DNA from: an uncultured Collinsella sp.
GTDB lineage: Bacteria > Actinomycetota > Coriobacteriia > Coriobacteriales > Coriobacteriaceae
Direction: 5' to 3'
Assembly: GCA_900546725.1 (NCBI GenBank)
Contig: URDZ01000001.1
Location: 1-59,963, forward strand
DNA: 59,963 nt
Shown: positions 30,174-42,085 of the stretch, piece after piece
Position numbering within the stretch: the stretch's first letter is position 1
Layout of the letters: each line of letters starts with the position of its first letter
Notes under the pieces: generated by a model
Databases searched by the model: none
Told to the model about the DNA's origin: nothing
What the model saw: only the letters and a program-made list of their open reading frames with translations
Program-made: the position numbers and the translations under genes

Positions 30174-30263
30174 AACAGTCTCCTTGCACATTCCAAATCG
30201 CGCTTAACACGGATTTTATAGTCGATATGGTCCAATGGTCGCGTAACGAAAGGAGTGGTCGAG

Positions 30264-30410
30264 TTGTTCAAAGCGGTAAAACCCGTGGTACAGGTCGCTT
30301 TGTTGATCGTCGGAATTGCCATGGTGTGCTTTGGCGTTATGCGTGGCGAGGCGGATGCCGTGCTGGCCAAAGCGATTAGGCTGTGCTTGGAGTGTATCGG
30401 AATTGGATAA
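30264..30410 (+). CDS. Small CXXC membrane protein (CD1871A-like), absent from the ORF track
   Basis: AAAGGAG RBS, TTG start, 48 aa ending RGEADAVLAKAIRLCLECIGIG*. Confidence 0.85.
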   Translation: MFKAVKPVVQVALLIVGIAMVCFGVMRGEADAVLAKAIRLCLECIGIG

Positions 30411-31305
30411 AAGAGAAAACACTGCGTCGCATGTTTTGGCTCGATTTCGCGGATTCATTCAGGCGGCGGCGACGCTCGTCACCAACATTCACCTGCCAAA
30501 CTTTGCCAAAGGCGGCATCTATCAGGGCGCGGGAAAAACAGTCTGCGTACCTGGACTTAATTGCTATTCGTGCCCCGCGGCATCGGGTGCGTGCCCCATC
30601 GGGTCGTTCCAGTCGGTGGTAGGTTCATCCAAGTTCAACTTTTCTTACTACGTCACCGGTACGCTCATTTTGCTCGGCGTGCTGCTGGGACGCTTTGTAT
30701 GCGGGTTTTTGTGCCCGTTTGGCTGGCTGCAGGAGCTGCTTCATAAGATTCCCGGCAAAAAGTTCTCCACGAAAAAGCTCAAGCCGCTCACGTACATCAA
30801 GTACGTCGTGCTGCTGTTTGTCGTGGTACTGCTGCCCGTCTTGGTGGTCAACGATGTGGGGATGGGCGATCCGTTCTTTTGCAAGTACATCTGTCCACAG
30901 GGTGTGCTCGAGGGCGCCATCCCGCTGGCGGCTGCCAATGTCGGCATTCGATCTGCGTTGGGACAGCTCTTTACTTGGAAACTTATCGTTCTCATTGCCG
31001 TGGTGCTGCTGAGCGTTTTGTTCTATCGCCCCTTCTGCAAATGGATTTGCCCGCTTGGTGCATTCTATGCACTCATGAATAGGGTGTCCTTGTTGGGGAT
31101 TCAGGTTGACGCGTGCAAATGCGTCTCGTGCGGCAAGTGTTCAAGGGTTTGTCAGATGGACGTTGATGTGGTCCGCGCGCCCAATCATGCCGAATGCATC
31201 CGGTGCGGAAAGTGTATCGGGGCCTGTCCCGTTGATGCCATCAGCTATCGCTATGGCCTGGATGTGTCGGCGGGAAAACTTCCCTTGACCGCCGATAAAA
31301 AGTAA
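30403..31305 (+). CDS. Membrane 4Fe-4S binding protein (NapH/MauN-like)
   Basis: LNCYSCP, CGFLCPFG, FCKYICP, CVSCGKCSRVC, CIRCGKCIGACP with TM segments. Confidence 0.88.
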   Translation: MDKRENTASHVLARFRGFIQAAATLVTNIHLPNFAKGGIYQGAGKTVCVPGLNCYSCPAASGACPIGSFQSVVGSSKFNFSYYVTGTLILLGVLLGRFVCGFLCPFGWLQELLHKIPGKKFSTKKLKPLTYIKYVVLLFVVVLLPVLVVNDVGMGDPFFCKYICPQGVLEGAIPLAAANVGIRSALGQLFTWKLIVLIAVVLLSVLFYRPFCKWICPLGAFYALMNRVSLLGIQVDACKCVSCGKCSRVCQMDVDVVRAPNHAECIRCGKCIGACPVDAISYRYGLDVSAGKLPLTADKK

Positions 31306-31328
31306 ACAAGCTTCGACAAAACGGAGGA

Positions 31329-32306
31329 ATGACTATGAAGCTTTCTAAGATTGCGGCCCTGTTTATGGTGCCGGTATTGGCCTTGTGCCTTGTGGCATGT
31401 TCGGCGCCCGGTGGCAATGCGAGCGAATCTGCGGGCTCCGATCCTAAGATCGCGGAGCTCATTGCGCAGAAGCCGGCCAATGCCGACGAGGCCGCCGAGC
31501 TGTATGCGAAGCTCATGCAGAAGGAGAACGAGATCTTTTCGAGTGATAACGCGCTGTGGGAAAAGGTATTCAATGCGGCAAATAAAGACTCGGCAATGAT
31601 TGAGGACGGCAGCAATTACGGCGATTTTCTGCTCAAGACCATCGACGGCGCCAAGGATGAGTTCACGGCGGATGAGCTCAAGACGCTCAAGGCCGGTGCA
31701 CAGCAGATCAAGGAGATCGAGGACAAGCTCGAGAGCCTGGAGAAGGAGTTCCCCGGCTGTGGAAGCACGCCGAGTGCAGGCGAGAGCGTCGACGCTTCGA
31801 CCGCTGGCATGACGGCTGGTGCCAATACTTCGAGCGAGGCGACGAAGTTCCCCAGCTTTACGGGCAAGGATCTGGATGGCAACGACGTGAATAGCGACGA
31901 GCTGTTCTCTAAGAATAAGGTCACCGTCATGAACTTCTGGTTCACTACTTGCAAGCCGTGCGTGGGCGAGCTGGGCGATCTTGAGAAACTGAATCAGGAG
32001 CTTGCCGAGAAGGGCGGCCAGGTCGTGGGCGTCAATTCCTTTACGCTCGATGGCAACAAAGGCGAGATTGCAGATGCCAAGGACGTGCTGAGCAAGAAGG
32101 GCGTGACATATAAGAACATCTGGTTCAAGTCGGATAGCGAGGCCGGCAAGTTTACGTCAAATTTGTTCTCGTTCCCGACAACGTATGTCATCGATCAGAA
32201 TGGCAACATCGTGGGGGATCCAATCGTGGGAGCCATCAGCTCCGCCGAGCAGCGCGCAGCACTCGACAAGCTTATCGACCAGGCGATTGCGAATAGCGAG
32301 CAGTAA
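31329..32306 (+). CDS. TlpA-like thioredoxin-fold lipoprotein
   Basis: Lipobox LVAC; NFWFTTCKPC; FPTTYVIDQNG. Confidence 0.88.
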   Translation: MTMKLSKIAALFMVPVLALCLVACSAPGGNASESAGSDPKIAELIAQKPANADEAAELYAKLMQKENEIFSSDNALWEKVFNAANKDSAMIEDGSNYGDFLLKTIDGAKDEFTADELKTLKAGAQQIKEIEDKLESLEKEFPGCGSTPSAGESVDASTAGMTAGANTSSEATKFPSFTGKDLDGNDVNSDELFSKNKVTVMNFWFTTCKPCVGELGDLEKLNQELAEKGGQVVGVNSFTLDGNKGEIADAKDVLSKKGVTYKNIWFKSDSEAGKFTSNLFSFPTTYVIDQNGNIVGDPIVGAISSAEQRAALDKLIDQAIANSEQ

Positions 32307-32385
32307 AAAACACGTAAAGCATCGCGAGGATCGTGTGTCGCTGTGCGTAGTAGTCCGCTGCCTTTCAAGATAATCTCCACCATAT

Positions 32386-32412
32386 AGAGGCCCCACTTGG
32401 GGCCTCTTTTTT
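32386..32412 (+). terminator. Intrinsic terminator
   Basis: AGAGGCCCCA-CT-TGGGGCCTCT followed by a T run. Confidence 0.8.
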
Positions 32413-32559
32413 GGGCGCCGTCCCGTTCGTTTTTTGGCGCGGTTCCCTACATTCCTCACTGGTGTCGGTGAAAAATGGGGATAGAGTAGGACAAACGCGT
32501 CGAATACGAACGGCGGGGGAGAGTGGGCGAGTGCGCCCGCGTGGGAGAGGTTGCCGTCC

Positions 32560-35812
<3,253 letters not shown>

Positions 35813-35814
<2 letters not shown>

Positions 35815-35845
35815 TGTGACAAAGGGGCAGTCCCTTTGTCACATT
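35813..35845. repeat. REP-like hairpin
   Basis: AATGTGACAAAGGG-GCAGT-CCCTTTGTCACATT; degenerate copy at 37454-37484. Confidence 0.7.
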
Positions 35846-35875
35846 GAGACCTTTGCGAAATTAGAGCGTAAGCCT

Positions 35876-37009
35876 TTAGTTCTTCTTTGCAGAGAGCATG
35901 AGCCTAATTTCCGGATGGGTGTATTCGTCGAACTCTTCCTTGGGCTCGGTGTCAAAGGCGTAGTACGACTTGATGGATTCGTCCTCCGTCTTGATGCTGA
36001 TCTCCTCGTATAAGGATCCGGCCAAAAATGCCTGCTTAAACTCATCCGACAGGCTACATGGCGCGAGGAGGTCAGGCGTGGCAACGGAAATGTCCAACCC
36101 GTTGAGCGGGGCGCAGAGCGTCGCGATATCCTGCTCGGCGCGGGCGAGGTTGTCTGCAAGGCTTGCCTCGGGGTCGATCTGATTGGTGTAAGCGACGTCC
36201 GTGAGCGTGCCGTCTACATCAAAAGAAAGGTAGACATAGGCTGCTTGAGCGCCAAGGTCATTATCGCGCAGATAGCCGATAATGCGGTAGCCGTAGTCGT
36301 GATACGACTCGTATGGGTCGTCTGCTGCGACGCGTTCGCACACGGGCTCCAAGGCATCTTGCGCGATGGCGAGCTGCTCGGCGGCTGCAGCCTTTCTTGC
36401 CTGAAGCTCGTTATTTCCCTGGACAAACTGCGGGATGTAGACTCCAAGCAGCACAATGGCGGGCAACACTGCGAGAGCTATGATCTGCTTCTTGACGTTT
36501 GGAATCGTCACGCCGTATGCGTTTGCCATGGCCTCGGCATTGCTCGAGGTCTCGGCCAGCACGTCTGCCGCCGTGGCGACTGCCCCTACGGCGCTGGCAA
36601 CCTCGGCGGCACCGCCCAGGTTGCGCGCGAGATCGTTATCGCTGTTCTTGAGCAGGCGGCCGGCAGCTTGCGTGGCAAGCACGCCGGCGACCTCCGCGGA
36701 ATGGTCCTTGTTGGTCTGGGCCACCGCAAGCCTGCTCTGCAGTTCCTTCCACTGTTTGCCCTGCATTCCAAAGCGCGGCGCAAGAGCGCAATAGCAAAAG
36801 ATGGCGAGTTCGATTACGGTGAGTGCGATGGCGGTATATATGCCCGCGGGTTGGAATTCCTTTTGGTGGAACGCGATATCGTTGATCATTTGGAGTGGCA
36901 ACATCAACAGGCATGCTACGAACGACATGACGAGTGCGGTCGCTGCGATTTTGGGGTATGTGCAGTACCGCTGGATGCGTTTCTTTTCTTGCTCGGTGAG
37001 CTGCTGCAT
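35876..37009 (-). CDS. Hypothetical membrane protein
   Basis: Long ORF with three hydrophobic segments and an acidic C-terminal domain. Confidence 0.75.
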   Translation of the reverse strand: MQQLTEQEKKRIQRYCTYPKIAATALVMSFVACLLMLPLQMINDIAFHQKEFQPAGIYTAIALTVIELAIFCYCALAPRFGMQGKQWKELQSRLAVAQTNKDHSAEVAGVLATQAAGRLLKNSDNDLARNLGGAAEVASAVGAVATAADVLAETSSNAEAMANAYGVTIPNVKKQIIALAVLPAIVLLGVYIPQFVQGNNELQARKAAAAEQLAIAQDALEPVCERVAADDPYESYHDYGYRIIGYLRDNDLGAQAAYVYLSFDVDGTLTDVAYTNQIDPEASLADNLARAEQDIATLCAPLNGLDISVATPDLLAPCSLSDEFKQAFLAGSLYEEISIKTEDESIKSYYAFDTEPKEEFDEYTHPEIRLMLSAKKN

Positions 37010-37186
37010 GGGGCCTCGACTCTTATCGTTTTTCGGGGGCGATGTGCACACGCTCTTGAGTATAGATGAGTGGAGGACGTCTGTTGTTCATACATAGCGG
37101 TCAACAGCGTGCTGCTGGTGATCGTTTGATCGCGAACGTCGTCTTTTGGAGCATGAAGCCGCTGCCGATGCCCACAAACAGCAAAT

Positions 37187-37368
37187 CGAAGGTGAATGGT
37201 TTCCCGAGAAGTGAACGACCTAATTTGGACCCCTGAAGCACCCACGTTTTTCGACGCTAAAACCGCAGGATTTGAGTGATATAACCGCAGGAATTGGCCT
37301 TCCAAAAGTGTCGATGCATCGAGGGTCCGATTTCACTCGTTCACTTCGCGGAAAACCATTCACCTTCG
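37187..37368. mobile_element. MITE-like element, copy 1
   Basis: TIRs CGAAGGTGAATGGTTTCCCGAGAAGTGAACGA / TCGTTCACTTCGCGGAAAACCATTCACCTTCG; homologous to 49352-49537. Confidence 0.75.
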
Positions 37369-37507
37369 TTGCATGAGGCGCCGGATAGAAGGGTGATTAT
37401 CGTCAAGCTGCTGCCTCTGCCTTGTGAATCATCTGGAGCACAAGGCATAATGCATGTAACAAGGGGGCGGTTCCTTTGTCACATCCGTTGATATGAGAGA
37501 AGAGTAG

Positions 37508-38461
37508 ATGATTCTTTCGCTTGCCCCTATGGAGGGGATTACCGGGCATGTGTTCCGTCGCGTGCATGCGGAGTGCTTCGGTGCGCTCGATTGTTATTAC
37601 ACGCCGTTCTTGCCGCCGCCACGGGTGGGAAACCGCTTTGGCGGCAAGGCGTTTAAGGAGATCGATCCTGCCAATAACCAGGGGCTCAACGTAGTGCCTC
37701 AGCTGATGTCTAAGAACGCGGACGAGTTTGTGTGGGCGGCGCAGGTGCTCGCCGACATGGGCTATCGGGAGGTCAATCTCAACCTGGGTTGCCCTTCGGG
37801 AACGGTTGTCGCTAAGGGCAAGGGCTCGGGTTTTTTGCGCCACTTGGACGAGCTCGAAGTGTTCTTGAGCGATGTGTGCGAACGTTCGCCGTTGCCGGTG
37901 TCGGTAAAAACCAGGCTGGGGCTGGAGAGCGACGACGAATACGGGCGCGTGCTCGATTTGTATTGCCGCATGCCGTTGGCAGAGCTGATCGTGCACCCGC
38001 GCGTGCAAAAGGACCGCTATACGGGATCGCCGCGCAAGGAGTTTTACGGCGAGACGCTGGAGCGCGCGCCGTTTCCGGTTGCCTATAACGGCGACATTTT
38101 TGATTTAGAGGACATGGATGCGCTGGTGGAGGCCTATCCCGGCACACGCCATGTGATGCTGGGGCGCGGCCTGCTCGCGAACCCCGCTCTGGCTCGTATG
38201 GTCAACGGCGGTCCTGCTGCCACGGATGCTGAGCTGCAGCGTTTCCACGACACGCTGTTTGCGGCCTATGCAGAAGAGATTGGCGGCAACGCGGTCTTTC
38301 GCATGAAGGAGTGGTGGTTCTACGCCAAATGCGCCTTCGCTGACCCCGCTACCGTTCATAAACTCGTACGCAAGACTAAAAAGGTCGACGAATACCGCGC
38401 CGCCGTCGATCGCGTCTTTCGCGAGCAGCCACTTGCACCCATAGCCCGCTTCCACGGCTAG
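37508..38461 (+). CDS. tRNA-dihydrouridine synthase family protein
   Basis: LAPMEGIT, NLNLGCP, SVKTRLG, VHPR, YNGDI, MLGRG. Confidence 0.92.
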   Translation: MILSLAPMEGITGHVFRRVHAECFGALDCYYTPFLPPPRVGNRFGGKAFKEIDPANNQGLNVVPQLMSKNADEFVWAAQVLADMGYREVNLNLGCPSGTVVAKGKGSGFLRHLDELEVFLSDVCERSPLPVSVKTRLGLESDDEYGRVLDLYCRMPLAELIVHPRVQKDRYTGSPRKEFYGETLERAPFPVAYNGDIFDLEDMDALVEAYPGTRHVMLGRGLLANPALARMVNGGPAATDAELQRFHDTLFAAYAEEIGGNAVFRMKEWWFYAKCAFADPATVHKLVRKTKKVDEYRAAVDRVFREQPLAPIARFHG

Positions 38462-38468
38462 TTGGTCG

Positions 38469-38582
38469 TTGGGGACGTTCTTTAACGACTAGTCATTTAA
38501 GAACGTCCCCAATGAGTAGCAAAAAGCTGTACATCAGCATCCAAAGATGTCGAAAAATGTCGACTTTGGATGCTGGTGTACA
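38469..38582. repeat. Two adjacent long hairpins between convergent genes
   Basis: TTGGGGACGTTCTT/AAGAACGTCCCCAA (38469-38512) and TGTACATCAGCATCCAAAG/CTTTGGATGCTGGTGTACA (38528-38582). Confidence 0.75.
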
Positions 38583-38629
38583 TGTTTGGGCCGTATGGGG
38601 TGGGGCCTTGGACGGACGGGATGCGCGTA

Positions 38630-38875
38630 CTAGAGCAGGTTCTCTTGCGCCCACGCGATGATGTCGCTCGACTCGTAGAGTGGTTTGCCGTCGATGAACA
38701 GACAGGGAACCTGGTGTTTTCCGCCGACGGCGATGAGCGTCTGCTCGGCATCGGGGTCGGTCGAGATATTGCGCTCGGGAATGGTCACGCCGTTATCGGC
38801 CAGAAAGCGCTTGACCTTTATGCAATACGGGCAGCCGGTCATAACGTACAGCGCGAGCTCATGATTAGTAGCCAT
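38630..38875 (-). CDS. Glutaredoxin
   Basis: CPYC, QVPCLFIDG, YESSDI. Confidence 0.92.
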   Translation of the reverse strand: MATNHELALYVMTGCPYCIKVKRFLADNGVTIPERNISTDPDAEQTLIAVGGKHQVPCLFIDGKPLYESSDIIAWAQENLL

Positions 38876-38926
38876 AGGTCTCCAATCGGTTGCGGTTTTG
38901 ATTGAAATACCCAAAGCCGCCGCGGT

Positions 38927-39754
38927 CTATGCGCGCGTCAACGACGACTCGATCGCCTGAACCAGAAACGCCGTGGCTCCGGTGCCGCAGGGCTTGTCGT
39001 AGTAGTCAACAAAGCGCTGGTCGGCAAGATAGCCGTGGGCGAGGCCCAGGTACGCTTCGTTCTGGGGTTCGCATCCCCAGTTGAGAGCAATCCAACGACG
39101 ATGCATCACGACGAGCTTGCGGGCCTCGCTTCCATCCGCATCGCCGTCGCCCATGGCAATCGAGAGCTGGCCCAGGACAGCGCGTTCAAGTTCTTTCATG
39201 TCGTTCCATGTCTGAGGATCCATGTCCAGTAACGTTTCGTTTGCTGCATCGATGGCCTCGTCGCCATAGCGCGCCCGGGCCTCGGCCCCGTAGCGCTCCT
39301 CGTTTTCCTGCACGGTGCGCCAGCGCTCCAGTTGGGGCAGGACGGCGCCCATGAGCGAGACGGCTTCGTCGAGCGACATACCGGTGTTTTGTGCCAGCCG
39401 CGGGGCACAATCCTCGATCATTGCCTCCATCGTGGTGTCGTAGGTGTACTCGCCGTGGTCGTAGCACCACTTGCAGTAATGATCGGTCGTGATGCCCGCG
39501 GCATCGGTGCCGCAGTCGTCGGGCGTGAGTATCATGCCGCAGCTCTGACAATAGCGCTCGGGCATTTCGAGCAGGTGCGACAGCGGTTCTCCGGTTACGG
39601 CGGCAATGAGTTTCATCATGTCGATGCCCGGGGTGACTTCGCCGCGCTCCCAGCGGCTCACGGCCTGGCGCGTAACATAGAGCTTGGCGGCGAGCTGCTC
39701 TTGGGTGAGATTGTTATCGCGGCGGATGGCAATGAGCTTTTCTGCAAAGGCCAT
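38927..39754 (-). CDS. XRE HTH + zinc ribbon + TipAS-domain regulator
   Basis: LTQEQLA...VTRQAVSRWERG; CQSCGM...YCKWCY; EARARYG...HRRW...YLADQRFVDYYD. Confidence 0.85.
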   Translation of the reverse strand: MAFAEKLIAIRRDNNLTQEQLAAKLYVTRQAVSRWERGEVTPGIDMMKLIAAVTGEPLSHLLEMPERYCQSCGMILTPDDCGTDAAGITTDHYCKWCYDHGEYTYDTTMEAMIEDCAPRLAQNTGMSLDEAVSLMGAVLPQLERWRTVQENEERYGAEARARYGDEAIDAANETLLDMDPQTWNDMKELERAVLGQLSIAMGDGDADGSEARKLVVMHRRWIALNWGCEPQNEAYLGLAHGYLADQRFVDYYDKPCGTGATAFLVQAIESSLTRA

Positions 39755-39894
39755 AACGGCTCCTTTCTTCTGCTTGTTGGGTTAAGCATACGCGGCGGCA
39801 GACATCCTTCCAAGCAATCGTTGGTTGCATGCAGATGGCGATGAGGGGGAATCGCCGCCTGCTGCCTACGCGCCTGTGCCGTACAATGACCGGC

Positions 39895-40632
39895 ATGGAA
39901 CCTATTGCACACATACATACCGACCTGCCGCAGAAGTTCGGCATCCCGCGCAACAGCTTTTTGGCGCCCCACCTAGAGGGCTGCATTGTCTTTGAGCCGG
40001 GATTTGCCTCCAACGCGGCGGTTGAAGGATTGGACTCCTTCTCGCATCTGTGGCTGCTCTGGCGCTTCGAAAACGGCACGCCCGGTGGCACGGCGGAAGA
40101 CATCGCCATCGATGCCAAGGCGCAAGACGGGTCCGGCACCAACGCCAAGTGGTCGAAGACCGTGCGTCCGCCGCGCTTGGGCGGTGCCGAGCGCGTGGGC
40201 GTCTTTGCCACGCGCAGCCCGTTTCGGCCCAATCCCATCGGTCTTACCTGCGTCAAGCTCAGCCGCGTTGAACTTACCGGCGACGGTCCCATCATCCACG
40301 TGCTCGGGGCCGACCTGCGCGACGGCACGCCCATTTACGATATCAAGCCCTACATTCCGTTTGCGGATTGCCACCAGGATGCGACGGGCGGCTGGATCGA
40401 GGATGCCCCGTGGCAAGAGCTCGACGTTGACTTTCCGCAGCATCTGCAAGACAAAGTCCCGTCCACTAAGCTAGCGGGCCTCATCGAAGTCCTACGCCAG
40501 GACCCGCGCCGCGCGGGCAGCAAGCACGAGCCCGATCGCGTCTATCACCTGGCTTACGCCGGGCTCGACATATCCTTTACGGTTGACGGAACCAGACTGA
40601 CGGTAACCGCCATCAGCGACGCGCAGGGCTAG
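39895..40632 (+). CDS. tsaA: tRNA m6t6A37 methyltransferase TrmO/TsaA family
   Basis: KFGIPR, GVFATRSPFRPNPIG, DGTPIYDIKPY. Confidence 0.92.
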   Translation: MEPIAHIHTDLPQKFGIPRNSFLAPHLEGCIVFEPGFASNAAVEGLDSFSHLWLLWRFENGTPGGTAEDIAIDAKAQDGSGTNAKWSKTVRPPRLGGAERVGVFATRSPFRPNPIGLTCVKLSRVELTGDGPIIHVLGADLRDGTPIYDIKPYIPFADCHQDATGGWIEDAPWQELDVDFPQHLQDKVPSTKLAGLIEVLRQDPRRAGSKHEPDRVYHLAYAGLDISFTVDGTRLTVTAISDAQG

Positions 40633-40744
40633 CCGGTCATTCGTCTGCATCCGTCAAATTCAATAGCAAAACCCGTGCCAAAACCGCCCGCGCTGGTGGA
40701 CAATAACGCCTATCAAAACAATCAACCTTGCACGGGAGCGCAGC

Positions 40745-41956
40745 ATGAAATACGACTTCACCTCGATTATTGACCGCCACGATATGGATGCCATCGCCGT
40801 TGACTCCTGGGGCGAGATCCCCGGTACGGCTCCGAACGCACCCGACGAGGGCTTCGACCGCATTCCCATGTGGGTGGCCGACATGAATTTTGCCACGGTG
40901 CCCACGGTCCAGGAGCACATCATTCAGCGCGCCCAGCATCCCATGTTTGGCTACTTTAACCCGCGCCCCGAGTACTTTGACCGCATCATCGAATGGCAGA
41001 GTCGCCGCAATGGCGTCGAGGGCCTGCGCCCTGAACATATCGGCTACGAAAACGGCGTGCTGGGCGGTGTCGTGTCGACGCTGCGTGCGTATGTTCAGCC
41101 GGGCGATGCGGTGCTGGTCCACAGTCCCACCTACATCGGCTTTACCAAGTCCCTCGAAGCCGCGGGCTATCGCATTGTTCACAGCCCGCTTAAACTCGAC
41201 GACCAGGGCGTGTGGCGCATGGACTTTGAGGACATGGAGTGCAAACTCGCCCAAAACCACATTCATGCCGCGGTGTTCTGCTCTCCGCATAATCCCTGCG
41301 GCCGCGTGTGGGAGCGCGACGAGATCGAGCGCGCCATGAACATCTATCGCCAGCACGATTGCGTGGTGATCTCGGACGAGATTTGGTCCGATATCATCCT
41401 GCCGGGTCACAAACATATCCCGACGCAGTCGGTGAGCGAGGATGCCCGCATGCGCACGGTTGCCCTCTACGCGCCCAGCAAGACCTTCAACCTGGCGGGC
41501 CTGGTCGGCAGCTACCACATCATCTACAACGAGACGCTGCGCGACCGCGTGTGCGCCGTGTCCGACAAGACTCACTACAACGAGATGAACGTCCTCTCCA
41601 TGCATGCGCTTATCGGTGCCTACCAGCCGCAGGGCTACGAGTGGGTGGACGAGCTCAACCAGGTGCTTGCCGGTAATATCGAGTACTTCTGCGATTACGT
41701 GGACGAGCATTTTGAGGGCGTGTTCTATTCACGTCCGCAGGGCACCTACATGGTGTTTCTGGACTGCACCGAGTGGTGCCGCGAGCATGGCCGCGATATT
41801 CAGTGGCTGCTCGACGAGGGGGCGCGCGTGGGCGTGGGATATCAGGACGGCCGTCCGTTCCACGGGCCCTGCCACATTCGCGTGAATCTGGCGCTGCCGC
41901 TTTCACGCGTAAGGGAAGCGTGCGACCGCCTGGACCGCTACGTTTTTAATGCATAG
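40745..41956 (+). CDS. MalY/PatB-family PLP-dependent enzyme
   Basis: PMWVADM, CSPHNPCG, SDEIW, APSKTFNLAG. Confidence 0.92.
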   Translation: MKYDFTSIIDRHDMDAIAVDSWGEIPGTAPNAPDEGFDRIPMWVADMNFATVPTVQEHIIQRAQHPMFGYFNPRPEYFDRIIEWQSRRNGVEGLRPEHIGYENGVLGGVVSTLRAYVQPGDAVLVHSPTYIGFTKSLEAAGYRIVHSPLKLDDQGVWRMDFEDMECKLAQNHIHAAVFCSPHNPCGRVWERDEIERAMNIYRQHDCVVISDEIWSDIILPGHKHIPTQSVSEDARMRTVALYAPSKTFNLAGLVGSYHIIYNETLRDRVCAVSDKTHYNEMNVLSMHALIGAYQPQGYEWVDELNQVLAGNIEYFCDYVDEHFEGVFYSRPQGTYMVFLDCTEWCREHGRDIQWLLDEGARVGVGYQDGRPFHGPCHIRVNLALPLSRVREACDRLDRYVFNA

Positions 41957-41972
41957 CTAACGACCTCGCGAA

Positions 41973-42007
41973 CGGGGCCTTCTGACTGGATTTGCCGGAA
42001 GGCCCCG
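41973..42007. terminator. Stem-loop between convergent genes
   Basis: CGGGGCCTTC...GAAGGCCCCG. Confidence 0.6.
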
Positions 42008-42085
42008 TATGGTAAGGAGACGGTAAACGGATAGCGACAACGGCATCGGCATGAGCGAAGAGTTTCAGCGCGGGCGTTGCGAAAA

